DNA of 64,000 bases, taken from NCBI GenBank assembly GCA_963825055.1, contig CAWGSK010000013.1, positions 263,172 to 327,171 of the forward strand, written 5' to 3'. The notes below the pieces were generated by a model, which was given only the letters and a program-made list of their open reading frames with translations, did no database searches and was not told the origin of the DNA. This DNA comes from an uncultured Gemmatimonadales bacterium. Lineage in GTDB: Bacteria; Gemmatimonadota; Gemmatimonadetes; Gemmatimonadales; GWC2-71-9. Shown here in pieces: positions 41,566-50,585 of this stretch (position 1 is the stretch's first letter; each line of letters starts with the position of its first letter). The position numbers and the translations under genes were made by a program.

Positions 41566-43388
41566 CGCCAGCACCGACTCACGCGCCCACGGCCGGGCGC
41601 GTGAACGACTTCGCCTTCAAGATCGCGACGGTCAACGGGACCGGCTCCGCCAGCGCCAACGGCCTCCTGGTGCAGACCATCTTCCGGATGGGCGTGCCGG
41701 TCACGGGCAAGAACGTCTTCCCGTCCAACATCCAGGGATTGCCGACCTGGTACGAGATCCGGGTGAGCGGCGAGGGCTACACGGCCCGGAGCCCGGAATA
41801 CGACCTGATCGTGGCCATGAACCCGGCGTCGCTCAAGCGGGACATTGCCGATGTCCAGCCGGGAGGCTGGCTGCTGCACGACTCCACCTGGCCCCTGGAC
41901 CCGGCGCTCCACCGGCCCGACATCACGTTTCTGGGCCTGCCCTTCTCCGACATCTGCAACGAGCACTTCAGCGGGGCCCGCGCGCGGCTCCTGATGAAGA
42001 ACATCGCCTACGTCGGGGCCCTGGCGGCGCTGCTGGACCTGGACATGGAGGTCATCGCGACGCTGCTGCAGGAGCACTACGGGAAGAAGAAGGCGCTGAT
42101 GGATTCCAACACGACGGCCATCCGCCTCGGCTACGAGGCCGCGCGCACGGCGTTCGACTGCCCGCTGCCGGCCCGGGTTGCGCCGCTGGACAAGACGAAG
42201 GACAGCATCCTGATGGACGGCAACACGGCCGCCGGCCTGGGCTGCGTCTACGCGGGCGCCACCGTCGCCGCGTGGTATCCCATCACCCCGGCCACCTCCC
42301 TGACGGACGCCTTCGTCGCCTTCTGCGGGCGCCTCCGGAAGGACGAGGACGGGAAGAACCGATACTGCATCGTGCAGGCCGAGGACGAGCTCTCCGCGGC
42401 CGGCGTCGCCATCGGGGCGGCGTGGATGGGCGCCCGGGCCTTCAGCCCCACCAGCGGCCCCGGCATCTCGCTCATGAGCGAGTTCATCGGCCTGGCCTAC
42501 TACGCCGAGATCCCGGTGGTGTTCTTCGATGTGCAGCGGACGGGACCGTCGACGGGCATGCCCACCCGCACCCAGCAGGGCGACCTGATGCTCTGCGCCT
42601 ACGCCTCGCACGGCGACACGAAACACATCCTGCTCTTCCCGTCAGACCCGTTCGAGTGCTTCCACTTTTCCGTGGCGGCCTTCGACCTGGCCGAGCGGTA
42701 CCAGACCCCGGTCTTCGTGCTGTCGGACCTGGATATCGGCATGAACGACTGGATGATCCCCCGCCTCGCCTGGGACGACAGCCGGCGCCCGGACCGCGGC
42801 AAGGTGCTGTCGGCGGCCGATCTCGAGAAGATGGATGTGTTCTACCGCTACCTCGAGACCAACGGTGACGGGGTCGCCGCCCGTACCCTGCCCGGGGTGC
42901 ACCCCAGGGGCGCCTACTTCACCCGCGGATCGGGGCACAACAAGTTCGGCCGCTATACCGAGGACGCCGATGAATACATCGAGGTGCTGGATCGCCTGGC
43001 CCGGAAGGTGGCCGGCGCCGCCGAATCCGTCCCCCAGCCGGTACTGCGGGAGATGGAGGGTGCCACCGAGGGGATCATCTCGCTCGGCGGCTGCAACCCC
43101 GGGGTCATCGAGGCCCAGGACGACCTCGCCCGCCGCGGCATCCCGCTCGATTACCTGCGGGTCCGCGGGTTCCCCTTCGGACGCGACGTGGAAGACTTCC
43201 TGGCGAAGCACGACACCATCTACGTCATCGAGCAGAACCGCGACGGCCAGCTCCGCAACCTGCTTCTGCTGGAAACCTCGGCGCGGCGCGACCAGCTCCG
43301 GTCGGTGCGCCGCTACGGGGGGCTTCCCCTGAGCCGGGTCCACGCCGTGGACGGCATCCTCAAGGCCCGGGAGGGCAGCGTCGCATGA
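41547..43388 (+). CDS. 2-oxoacid:acceptor oxidoreductase alpha subunit, copy 1
   Basis: YPITP, QAEDE, TSGPG, QRTGPSTGMPT. Confidence 0.93.
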   Translation: MPDRSIAPAPTHAPTAGRVNDFAFKIATVNGTGSASANGLLVQTIFRMGVPVTGKNVFPSNIQGLPTWYEIRVSGEGYTARSPEYDLIVAMNPASLKRDIADVQPGGWLLHDSTWPLDPALHRPDITFLGLPFSDICNEHFSGARARLLMKNIAYVGALAALLDLDMEVIATLLQEHYGKKKALMDSNTTAIRLGYEAARTAFDCPLPARVAPLDKTKDSILMDGNTAAGLGCVYAGATVAAWYPITPATSLTDAFVAFCGRLRKDEDGKNRYCIVQAEDELSAAGVAIGAAWMGARAFSPTSGPGISLMSEFIGLAYYAEIPVVFFDVQRTGPSTGMPTRTQQGDLMLCAYASHGDTKHILLFPSDPFECFHFSVAAFDLAERYQTPVFVLSDLDIGMNDWMIPRLAWDDSRRPDRGKVLSAADLEKMDVFYRYLETNGDGVAARTLPGVHPRGAYFTRGSGHNKFGRYTEDADEYIEVLDRLARKVAGAAESVPQPVLREMEGATEGIISLGGCNPGVIEAQDDLARRGIPLDYLRVRGFPFGRDVEDFLAKHDTIYVIEQNRDGQLRNLLLLETSARRDQLRSVRRYGGLPLSRVHAVDGILKAREGSVA

Positions 43389-44248
43389 GCTATATCACCA
43401 AGCCGAAGGTCCGGCACCCCGGCCTCAAGCACAACGCCCTGGGCCTCACCCGCCGGGACTACGAGGGGACGATGTCCACCCTCTGCGCCGGGTGCGGGCA
43501 CGATTCCATCACCGCCGCATTGATCCGGGCGGTGTTCGAGCTGGACCTCCCACCCCACCGGATCGCGAAGCTGAGCGGCATCGGCTGCTCCAGCAAGACG
43601 CCGGCCTACTTCGTCCGTGAGGCGCATGGCTTCAACAGCGTCCACGGACGCATGCCCAGCGTGGCGACGGGCGCCATTGCCGCCAACCGGGATCTGACCT
43701 ACATCGGGGTGAGCGGCGACGGCGATTCCCTCTCCATCGGCCTCGGCCAGTTCTGCCACGCCATCCGGCGGAACATCAGCGTGCTCTACATCCTGGAGAA
43801 CAACGGCGTCTATGGCCTCACCAAGGGCCAGTTCAGTGCCTCGGCGGACGTGGGAACGAAATCCAAGCGCGGTGAGGTCAACCTCCAGGTCCCCATCGAC
43901 CCGGTCCCGCTCGCGCTGACCCTCGGCGCGACCTTCGTGGCCCGGAGTTTCTCCGGCGACAAGGACCAGCTCGTCCCCATCCTCAAGGCGGGGCTGCGCC
44001 ACCAGGGCTTTGCCTTCGTGGACGTGATCTCGCCCTGCGTCACCTTCAATGACCACGAGGGAAGCACCAAGAGCTACGCCTACACCCGGGAACACGACCG
44101 ACCGGTGGTCGAGACCGACCTCGTTCCACTGCGGTCCGAAATCACTCCCGTGCTCCCTTGTACATCCAATGAGCCCCCGCGTACACTTCAAGTGTGGTGG
44201 ATGGGAGGGGAGCGGCGGGATCCTCAAGCCTCTGTGCCGGAGCCGTAA
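43385..44248 (+). pseudogene. 2-oxoacid:ferredoxin oxidoreductase beta subunit, copy 1, truncated at the duplication junction
   Basis: Matches copy 2 up to ..LRSEIT, then reads into the duplicated upstream sequence and loses about 100 C-terminal residues. Confidence 0.85.
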
Positions 44249-46032
44249 TGCAGCCGACCGACGTGACACGGCCTTCATACTTCCATAAAGTGGTCGATTG
44301 CCAGTGGGCCTGCCCGGCGCACACCAACGTGCCGGAGTACATCCGCCTGATCGCCCAGGGCCGTTATACCGACGCCTACCTGCTGAACCGCGAATCGAAT
44401 GTCTTCCCCGGCATCCTCGGCCGGACCTGCGACCGCCCGTGCGAACCCGCCTGCCGGCGCGGCCGGGTAGACGGCAAGCCGGTGGCCATCTGCCGGCTCA
44501 AGCGCGTGGCCGCCGACCTTCGGGGAGACATCGCCGACCAGCTGCCGCGCGCCCCGGCGGAGAAGAACGGCCGGCGCGTGGCGTGCGTCGGCGCCGGCCC
44601 GGCCTCGCTCGCCGTCGCCAACGACCTGATGCCGCTCGGCTACGAGGTCACCATCTTCGAGAAGCTGGACCGTCCCGGCGGCCTCATGCGCACGAATATC
44701 CCCGCCTTCCGCCTCCCGCCCAAGGTGCTGGACGAGGAGATCGGGATGATCGTGGACATGGGCGTGGACGTCCGCTACAGCACGCCTGTCGGGAGCATGG
44801 CAAGCCTGCTCGAGGAGGGCTGGGACGCCGTCTTCGTCGGCAGCGGCGCCCCGAGGGGAAAAGAGCTCGACATTCCCGGCCGGCAGGACTCCGACAAGAT
44901 CCACATCGGGATCGACTGGCTGGAGTCGGTGCACTTCGGGCACATCACCGCCATCGAGCCGCGGGTCCTGATCATCGGAGTCGGGAACACGGCGATGGAC
45001 TGCTGCCGCTCCGCGCGGCGCCTCGGCGCGACGGACATCAAGGTGATGGGGCGCAAGCCGCGCAACCTCTTCAAGGCTTCCGACTGGGAACTCGAGGACG
45101 CCGAGGAAGAGCGGATCGAGATCGTGGAGAACCACGCCCCGGTCCGGTTCGTCTACGAGAACGGCACGCTGTCCGGCATGGAATTCGAGCAGGTGTCCTG
45201 GCACGAAGGCCCCGACGGTCGCCTGAAGAAGGAGGTGCACGGTACCGTCATCCTGCCGTGCGATGCGGTGATCCTCGCCATCGGGCAGGAGAACGCGTTC
45301 CCCTGGATCGAGAGAGACATCGGCATCGAGTTCAACAAGTGGGACATGCCGGTCGTGAACCGCACCACCATGCAGTGCAGCCGCTCCGGCGTCTTCTTCG
45401 GCGGGGATGCGGCCTGGGGGCCGGAGAACATCATCTGGGCGGTGGCCCACGGGCACGAGGCCGCGCTCTCCATCCACCTGCACTGCGAGGGCATCCCGCT
45501 GGAGGAGCGCCCGCCGCAGGGGATGACCCTCAGCAGCCAGAAGATGGGCCTCCACCAGTGGAGCTACAGCAACGACTACAATCCCGCGTCCCGCGCGAAG
45601 ATGCAGCACGTGGACCTGGTCCGCCGCTTCGAGCGCCTGAACATCGAGGTGGAGCTCGGCTTCGACGCCGAGCAGACCGCCCGTGAAGTCGAGCGCTGCC
45701 TCAACTGCGACATCCAGACCGTCTTCACCGACCGCCTCTGCATCGAGTGTGATGCCTGCATCGACGTCTGCCCGGTGGATTGCCTGGCGATCACGCCCGA
45801 CGCCACGGAGGATGAGCTGCGCCTCCGGCTCACCACTCCGGCCACCAACCAGGAGCAGGCCCTGTTCGCCTCCGGCCCGCTCCCCCAGACCCACCGGCTG
45901 ATGCTCAAGGACGAGGACCTGTGCGTCCACTGCGGGCTCTGTGCCGAGCGATGCCCCACCGCTGCCTGGGATATGCAGAGGTTCGATCTCCTTCTTCCCT
46001 ATGCAGGGACCGCATGCCAGACCGCTCCATAG
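44248..46032 (+). CDS. GltD-like FAD/NAD(P) oxidoreductase with 4Fe-4S domain, copy 2
   Basis: Near-identical to copy 1. Confidence 0.92.
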   Translation: MQPTDVTRPSYFHKVVDCQWACPAHTNVPEYIRLIAQGRYTDAYLLNRESNVFPGILGRTCDRPCEPACRRGRVDGKPVAICRLKRVAADLRGDIADQLPRAPAEKNGRRVACVGAGPASLAVANDLMPLGYEVTIFEKLDRPGGLMRTNIPAFRLPPKVLDEEIGMIVDMGVDVRYSTPVGSMASLLEEGWDAVFVGSGAPRGKELDIPGRQDSDKIHIGIDWLESVHFGHITAIEPRVLIIGVGNTAMDCCRSARRLGATDIKVMGRKPRNLFKASDWELEDAEEERIEIVENHAPVRFVYENGTLSGMEFEQVSWHEGPDGRLKKEVHGTVILPCDAVILAIGQENAFPWIERDIGIEFNKWDMPVVNRTTMQCSRSGVFFGGDAAWGPENIIWAVAHGHEAALSIHLHCEGIPLEERPPQGMTLSSQKMGLHQWSYSNDYNPASRAKMQHVDLVRRFERLNIEVELGFDAEQTAREVERCLNCDIQTVFTDRLCIECDACIDVCPVDCLAITPDATEDELRLRLTTPATNQEQALFASGPLPQTHRLMLKDEDLCVHCGLCAERCPTAAWDMQRFDLLLPYAGTACQTAP

Positions 46033-47855
46033 CGCCAGCACCGCCTCACGCGCCCACGGCCGGGCGCGTGAACGACTTCGCCTTCAAGATCGCGACGGTC
46101 AACGGAACCGGCTCCGCCAGCGCCAACGGCCTCCTGGTGCAGACCATCTTCCGGATGGGCGTACCGGTCACGGGCAAGAACGTCTTCCCGTCCAACATCC
46201 AGGGCCTGCCGACCTGGTACGAGATCCGGGTGAGCGGCGAGGGCTACACGGCCCGGAGCCCTGAATACGACCTGATCGTCGCCATGAACCCGGCGTCGCT
46301 GAAGGGCGATGTCGCCGACGTCCAGCCCGGCGGCTGGCTCCTGCACGATTCGTCGTGGCCTCTCGATGCGTCGCTCGCACGACCCGATATCAGGTTCCTG
46401 GGCCTGCCCTTCTCCGACATCTGCAACGAGCACTTCAGCGGGGCCCGCGCGCGGCTCCTGATGAAGAACATCGCCTACGTCGGGGCCCTGGCGGCGCTGC
46501 TGGACCTGGACATGGAGGTCATCGCGACGCTGCTGCAGGAGCACTACGGGAAGAAGAAGGCGCTGATGGATTCCAACACGACGGCCATCCGCCTCGGCTA
46601 TGAGGCCGCGCGCACGGCGTTCGACTGCCCGCTGCCGGCCCGGGTTGCGTCGCTGGACAAGACGAAGGACAGCGTCCTGATGGACGGCAACACGGCCGCC
46701 GGCCTGGGCTGCGTCTACGCGGGCGCCACCGTCGCCGCGTGGTACCCCATCACCCCGGCCACCTCCCTGACGGACGCCTTCGCCGCCTTCTGCGGGCGCT
46801 TCCGGAAGGACGAGGACGGGAAGAAGCGATACTGCATCGTGCAGGCCGAGGACGAACTCTCCGCCGCCGGCGTCGCCATCGGGGCGGCGTGGATGGGCGC
46901 CCGGGCCTTCAGCCCCACCAGCGGCCCCGGCATCTCGCTCATGAGCGAGTTCATCGGCCTGGCCTATTACGCCGAGATCCCGGTGGTGTTCTTCGATGTG
47001 CAGCGGACGGGGCCGTCGACGGGCATGCCCACCCGCACCCAGCAGGGTGACCTGATGCTCTGCGCCTACGCCTCGCACGGGGACACGAAGCACATCCTGC
47101 TCTTCCCGTCCGACCCGTTCGAGTGCTTCCACTTTTCCGTGGCGGCCTTCGACCTGGCCGAGCGGTACCAGACCCCGGTCTTCGTGCTGTCGGACCTGGA
47201 CATCGGCATGAACGACTGGATGATCCCCCGCCTCGTCTGGGACGACGGCCGGCGCCCTGACCGCGGCAAGGTGCTGTCGGCGGCTGACCTCGAGAAGATG
47301 GAGGTGTTCTACCGCTACCTCGAGACCAACGGCGACGGGGTCACCGCCCGCACCCTGCCCGGCGTGCACCCCAGGGGCGCCTACTTCACCCGCGGGTCGG
47401 GGCACAACAAGTTCGGCGCCTATACCGAGGACGCGGAGGAGTACGTGGAGGTGGTCGACCGGCTGGCGCGGAAAGTTGAGGGTGCGGCGGAGGCCGTGCC
47501 CCAGCCGGTGCTGCGGGAGGTGGACGGCGCCCGGGAGGGGATCATCTCGCTGGGCGGCTGCAACCCCGGCGTCATCGAGGCCCAGGACGACCTCGCCCGA
47601 CGCGGCATCCCGCTCGATTACCTGCGGGTCCGCGGGTTCCCCTTCGGCCAGGCCGTGGAAGACTTCCTGGCCCGGCATGATACGATCTACGTCATCGAGC
47701 AGAACCGGGATGGTCAGCTCCGCAACCTGCTCCTGCTGGAGAGCTCAGCCCGGCGCGAGCAGCTCAGGTCGGTGCGCCGGTACGGGGGGCTTCCCCTGAG
47801 CCGGGTCCACGCCGTGGACGGCATTCTCAAGGCCCGGGAGGGCAGCGTCGCATGA
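46014..47855 (+). CDS. 2-oxoacid:acceptor oxidoreductase alpha subunit, copy 2
   Basis: Same motifs as copy 1. Confidence 0.93.
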   Translation: MPDRSIAPAPPHAPTAGRVNDFAFKIATVNGTGSASANGLLVQTIFRMGVPVTGKNVFPSNIQGLPTWYEIRVSGEGYTARSPEYDLIVAMNPASLKGDVADVQPGGWLLHDSSWPLDASLARPDIRFLGLPFSDICNEHFSGARARLLMKNIAYVGALAALLDLDMEVIATLLQEHYGKKKALMDSNTTAIRLGYEAARTAFDCPLPARVASLDKTKDSVLMDGNTAAGLGCVYAGATVAAWYPITPATSLTDAFAAFCGRFRKDEDGKKRYCIVQAEDELSAAGVAIGAAWMGARAFSPTSGPGISLMSEFIGLAYYAEIPVVFFDVQRTGPSTGMPTRTQQGDLMLCAYASHGDTKHILLFPSDPFECFHFSVAAFDLAERYQTPVFVLSDLDIGMNDWMIPRLVWDDGRRPDRGKVLSAADLEKMEVFYRYLETNGDGVTARTLPGVHPRGAYFTRGSGHNKFGAYTEDAEEYVEVVDRLARKVEGAAEAVPQPVLREVDGAREGIISLGGCNPGVIEAQDDLARRGIPLDYLRVRGFPFGQAVEDFLARHDTIYVIEQNRDGQLRNLLLLESSARREQLRSVRRYGGLPLSRVHAVDGILKAREGSVA

Positions 47856-48907
47856 GTTACATCACCAAGCCGAAGGTCCGGCACCCCGGCCTCAAGCACA
47901 ACGCCCTGGGCCTCACCCGCCGGGACTACGAGGGGACGATGTCCACCCTCTGCGCCGGGTGCGGGCATGATTCCATCACCGCGGCATTGATCCGGGCGGT
48001 CTTCGAGCTGGACCTGCCCCCGCACCGGATCGCGAAGCTGAGCGGCATCGGCTGCTCCTCCAAGACACCCACCTATTTCGTCCGTGAGGCACACGGCTTC
48101 AACAGCGTCCACGGACGCATGCCCAGCGTGGCGACGGGCGCCATTGCCGCCAACCGGGACCTGGCCTACATCGGCATCAGCGGCGACGGCGATTCCCTCT
48201 CCATCGGTCTCGGCCAGTTCTGCCACGCCATCCGGCGGAACATCAGCGTGCTCTACATCCTGGAGAACAACGGCGTCTATGGCCTCACCAAGGGGCAGTT
48301 CAGCGCCTCGGCGGATGTGGGAACGAAATCCAAGCGCGGCGAGGTCAACCTCCAGGTCCCCATCGACCCGGTCCCGCTCGCGCTGACCCTCGGCGCGACC
48401 TTCGTGGCCCGGAGTTTCTCGGGCGACAAGGACCAGCTCGTCCCCATCCTCAAGGCGGGGCTGCGTCACCGGGGTTTTGCCTTCGTGGACGTGATCTCAC
48501 CGTGCGTCACTTTCAATGATCACGAGGGCAGCACCAAGAGTTACGCCTACACCCGCGAGCACGATCGACCCGTGAACGAGCCCGATCTCGTCCCGCTCCG
48601 GTCAGAAATCACAGCCGAGTACGCGGAGGGCGCCTCCACCAGCGTCACCATGCACGACGGCAGCACCGTGCGGCTGCGGAAGGTGGCGGAGGACTATGAC
48701 CCGACCGATGCCGACCGGGCGTATGCATACCTCAGGGAGAGTCAGGCCGCGGGCGAGATCGCAACCGGGCTGCTCTACCTCGATGAATCCCGGGGCGACT
48801 TTCATGATCAGAGCGGCACGGTGGAAACACCGCTGGTGGAATTACCCTATGAAGATCTCTGTCCGGGAAACGCGGCGCTGCAGAAGTTGCAGGAGAGGTT
48901 CAGGTAG
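47852..48907 (+). CDS. 2-oxoacid:ferredoxin oxidoreductase beta subunit, full length
   Basis: CAGCGH, SGIGCS, HGR, GDGD..NNGVYGLTKGQ, SPCVTFN. Confidence 0.94.
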   Translation: MSYITKPKVRHPGLKHNALGLTRRDYEGTMSTLCAGCGHDSITAALIRAVFELDLPPHRIAKLSGIGCSSKTPTYFVREAHGFNSVHGRMPSVATGAIAANRDLAYIGISGDGDSLSIGLGQFCHAIRRNISVLYILENNGVYGLTKGQFSASADVGTKSKRGEVNLQVPIDPVPLALTLGATFVARSFSGDKDQLVPILKAGLRHRGFAFVDVISPCVTFNDHEGSTKSYAYTREHDRPVNEPDLVPLRSEITAEYAEGASTSVTMHDGSTVRLRKVAEDYDPTDADRAYAYLRESQAAGEIATGLLYLDESRGDFHDQSGTVETPLVELPYEDLCPGNAALQKLQERFR

Positions 48908-48914
48908 AGGGGAT

Positions 48915-48949
48915 CAGGGAGTCGGGAGTAGGCAGTAGGGAGTCGGGAG
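48915..48949. repeat. Heptamer repeat after the beta-subunit stop
   Basis: cagggag tcgggag taggcag tagggag tcgggag. Confidence 0.85.
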
Positions 48950-48988
48950 CAAGGACCAGGCAGTCGGCGATCGGCGGTGACCATCGAG

Positions 48989-49041
48989 AACGGAGCCAGC
49001 CGTCAATGCACTACTCACTAGTCACCAGTCACTAGTCACTA
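48989..49041 (+). repeat. 53-bp direct repeat, copy A
   Basis: aacggagccagccgtc-aatg-cactactcactagtcaccagtcactagtcacta; 49/53 identical to 49706-49758. Confidence 0.9.
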
Positions 49042-49100
49042 TTCCCAGCCACCAGCCACCGGTCATTCGCGCATACCTCTCCATTCTCCTGGCCAATGCC

Positions 49101-49658
49101 GTGTACGCCGTCGGCGTGCTCGTGCTCGGCTGGGCGGTGTTCGATGTCCTCCTCCTGTTCCTGGTGGAGATCGTCTTCCTCGGGGTCTTCGGCCTCGTGC
49201 GGCTTCTCATGGCACGAGCCGGTACCCGGGCCCAGCACCTCGGACTCCTCGCCTTCTATGTGACCGGGTTCGGCCTGATGACCCTGGGCCTGGCTGTCAT
49301 GATCTTCGTGGCATTCCGCCGGCCGACCGCCGATCCACCCATCTCGTTCGCGGTAGTCTTCCACGACCTGCGCCAGCCCGGCGTGCTGCTTGCCGCGGCC
49401 GTGCTGTTCGGGTTCCTGCTTCGTGACTTCATTACGGGCTGGATCCTGCCGGGGCGCTGGCGCACCGCCAGCGCGATGTGGGAACTGCGGCACGTCGTGA
49501 TCCGCCAGCCGGCCCTGGTGGTGGGAGTCATGATCGCGGCGATTGTCCTGAAGGAACAGGGGAATCCGCTCCCCGGCCTGTTCGTGGTCATCCTGCTGAA
49601 AACCGCTGCGGAGATGTACTACGCCTGGCAGGAAACCCCGGTCCCCGCCGCAGGATGA
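49101..49658 (+). CDS. Integral membrane protein (DUF6498-like); true start probably upstream
   Basis: LLANAVYAVGVLVLGW..LLLFLVE pattern, several TM segments, C-terminal LLKT. Confidence 0.65.
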   Translation: MYAVGVLVLGWAVFDVLLLFLVEIVFLGVFGLVRLLMARAGTRAQHLGLLAFYVTGFGLMTLGLAVMIFVAFRRPTADPPISFAVVFHDLRQPGVLLAAAVLFGFLLRDFITGWILPGRWRTASAMWELRHVVIRQPALVVGVMIAAIVLKEQGNPLPGLFVVILLKTAAEMYYAWQETPVPAAG

Positions 49659-49705
49659 CCACCGCCTACTCGCACGGACCTCGCCTGCTCACCTGATCGC
49701 CCGGA

Positions 49706-49758
49706 AACGGAGCCAGCCGTCCAACCACTAGTCACTAGTCACCAGTCACTAGTCACTA
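49706..49758 (+). repeat. 53-bp direct repeat, copy B
   Basis: aacggagccagccgtc-caac-cactagtcactagtcaccagtcactagtcacta. Confidence 0.9.
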
Positions 49759-50399
49759 GTCGCTGCGCGCCTCCTCACCGCCTTCACTCCCGCCGTGATC
49801 ACCATGCACAACAGGGCCCCGAGGCCGGCCATCAGCATGTCCCACTGCGCGTCCCACACGTCGCCCTGCGTGCCGAGGTAGGCCGCGCCGGCCGCGGGCG
49901 CCACGATCATCGCCACCCCCCATTCGACCAGTTCATACACCGCGCTGAAGGCCAGGGTCACGTCCAGCGGGAGGTAGTATGCCCACACCCCGCGCGTGTG
50001 GGCCACGCGCAGGAACACCTCCCGGATCGGGTACGCCAGGAGCAGGCCGAAGGAGAAGTGGACCAGCCGGTCGAAGTGGTTCCGCTCGAACCCGAACCAT
50101 CCCTTCATCCACTCGCCGAACGGCACCTCGGCGTAGGTGTAATGCGCGCCGATGGCGTGGAGCGTCAGGAAAGCCGTGATCAGGATATAGGAGAGGTCGG
50201 AGAGCGGAAAGCGCCGGTACGTGAAGATGAGGAGCGGGATGAACAGCGCGGGCAGGATGTTCTCCAGCATCCAGTCCGTCGGGTATTTCGGGTGGATCGC
50301 CGTGACCACCCACATCGCCGCATACCAGAGCAGCAGCCCCTGAAGCAGGTGATGTCCACTGAACCGGGTGTGCTTGCGGGTAGTGGCGGTGGAGATCAC
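49749..50399 (-). CDS. DUF2238 (YjdF-like) inner membrane protein
   Basis: DWMLEN, LHAIGAHYTYAEVP, RNHFDRLVHF, YELVEW, YLGTQGDVWDAQWDM. Confidence 0.88.
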   Translation of the reverse strand: MISTATTRKHTRFSGHHLLQGLLLWYAAMWVVTAIHPKYPTDWMLENILPALFIPLLIFTYRRFPLSDLSYILITAFLTLHAIGAHYTYAEVPFGEWMKGWFGFERNHFDRLVHFSFGLLLAYPIREVFLRVAHTRGVWAYYLPLDVTLAFSAVYELVEWGVAMIVAPAAGAAYLGTQGDVWDAQWDMLMAGLGALLCMVITAGVKAVRRRAATSD

Positions 50400-50417
50400 G
50401 GTTTCACTCGGTTGGGG

Positions 50418-50568
50418 GTCGGCAATCGGGAGTCGGGAGTGGTAGGTGGCAAGTGGCAAGTGGCAAGTAGCGAGTGGAACCACCACTCGATTTACCACTT
50501 ACCACTTACTATTTACCACGTGCCACTTACCACTTACCACTTACCATTTACCACTCGCCACTCGCCCT
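50418..50568. repeat. Inverted heptamer arms; gene-less copy of the four-helix-bundle-flanking family
   Basis: 9 units including (gtggcaa)x3 at 50418-50480; 11 units ttaccac/tcgccac at 50492-50568. Confidence 0.93.
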
Positions 50569-50585
50569 TCGCTCTTCGCTAGTGC

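Larger units (their letters stand above)
39683..48608 (+). repeat. Diverged tandem duplication, period ~4467 bp (copy 1 39683-44150, copy 2 from 44151)
   Basis: tgctcccttgtacatcca.. recurs at 39683 and 44151; three genes are repeated with scattered substitutions. Confidence 0.95.

Noticed and set aside
1529..48469. Long antisense ORFs (e.g. 1529-3955, 10055-12187, 28191-30008, 39808-41574)
   Set aside because: These are shadow frames of high-GC genes with no recognisable motifs.
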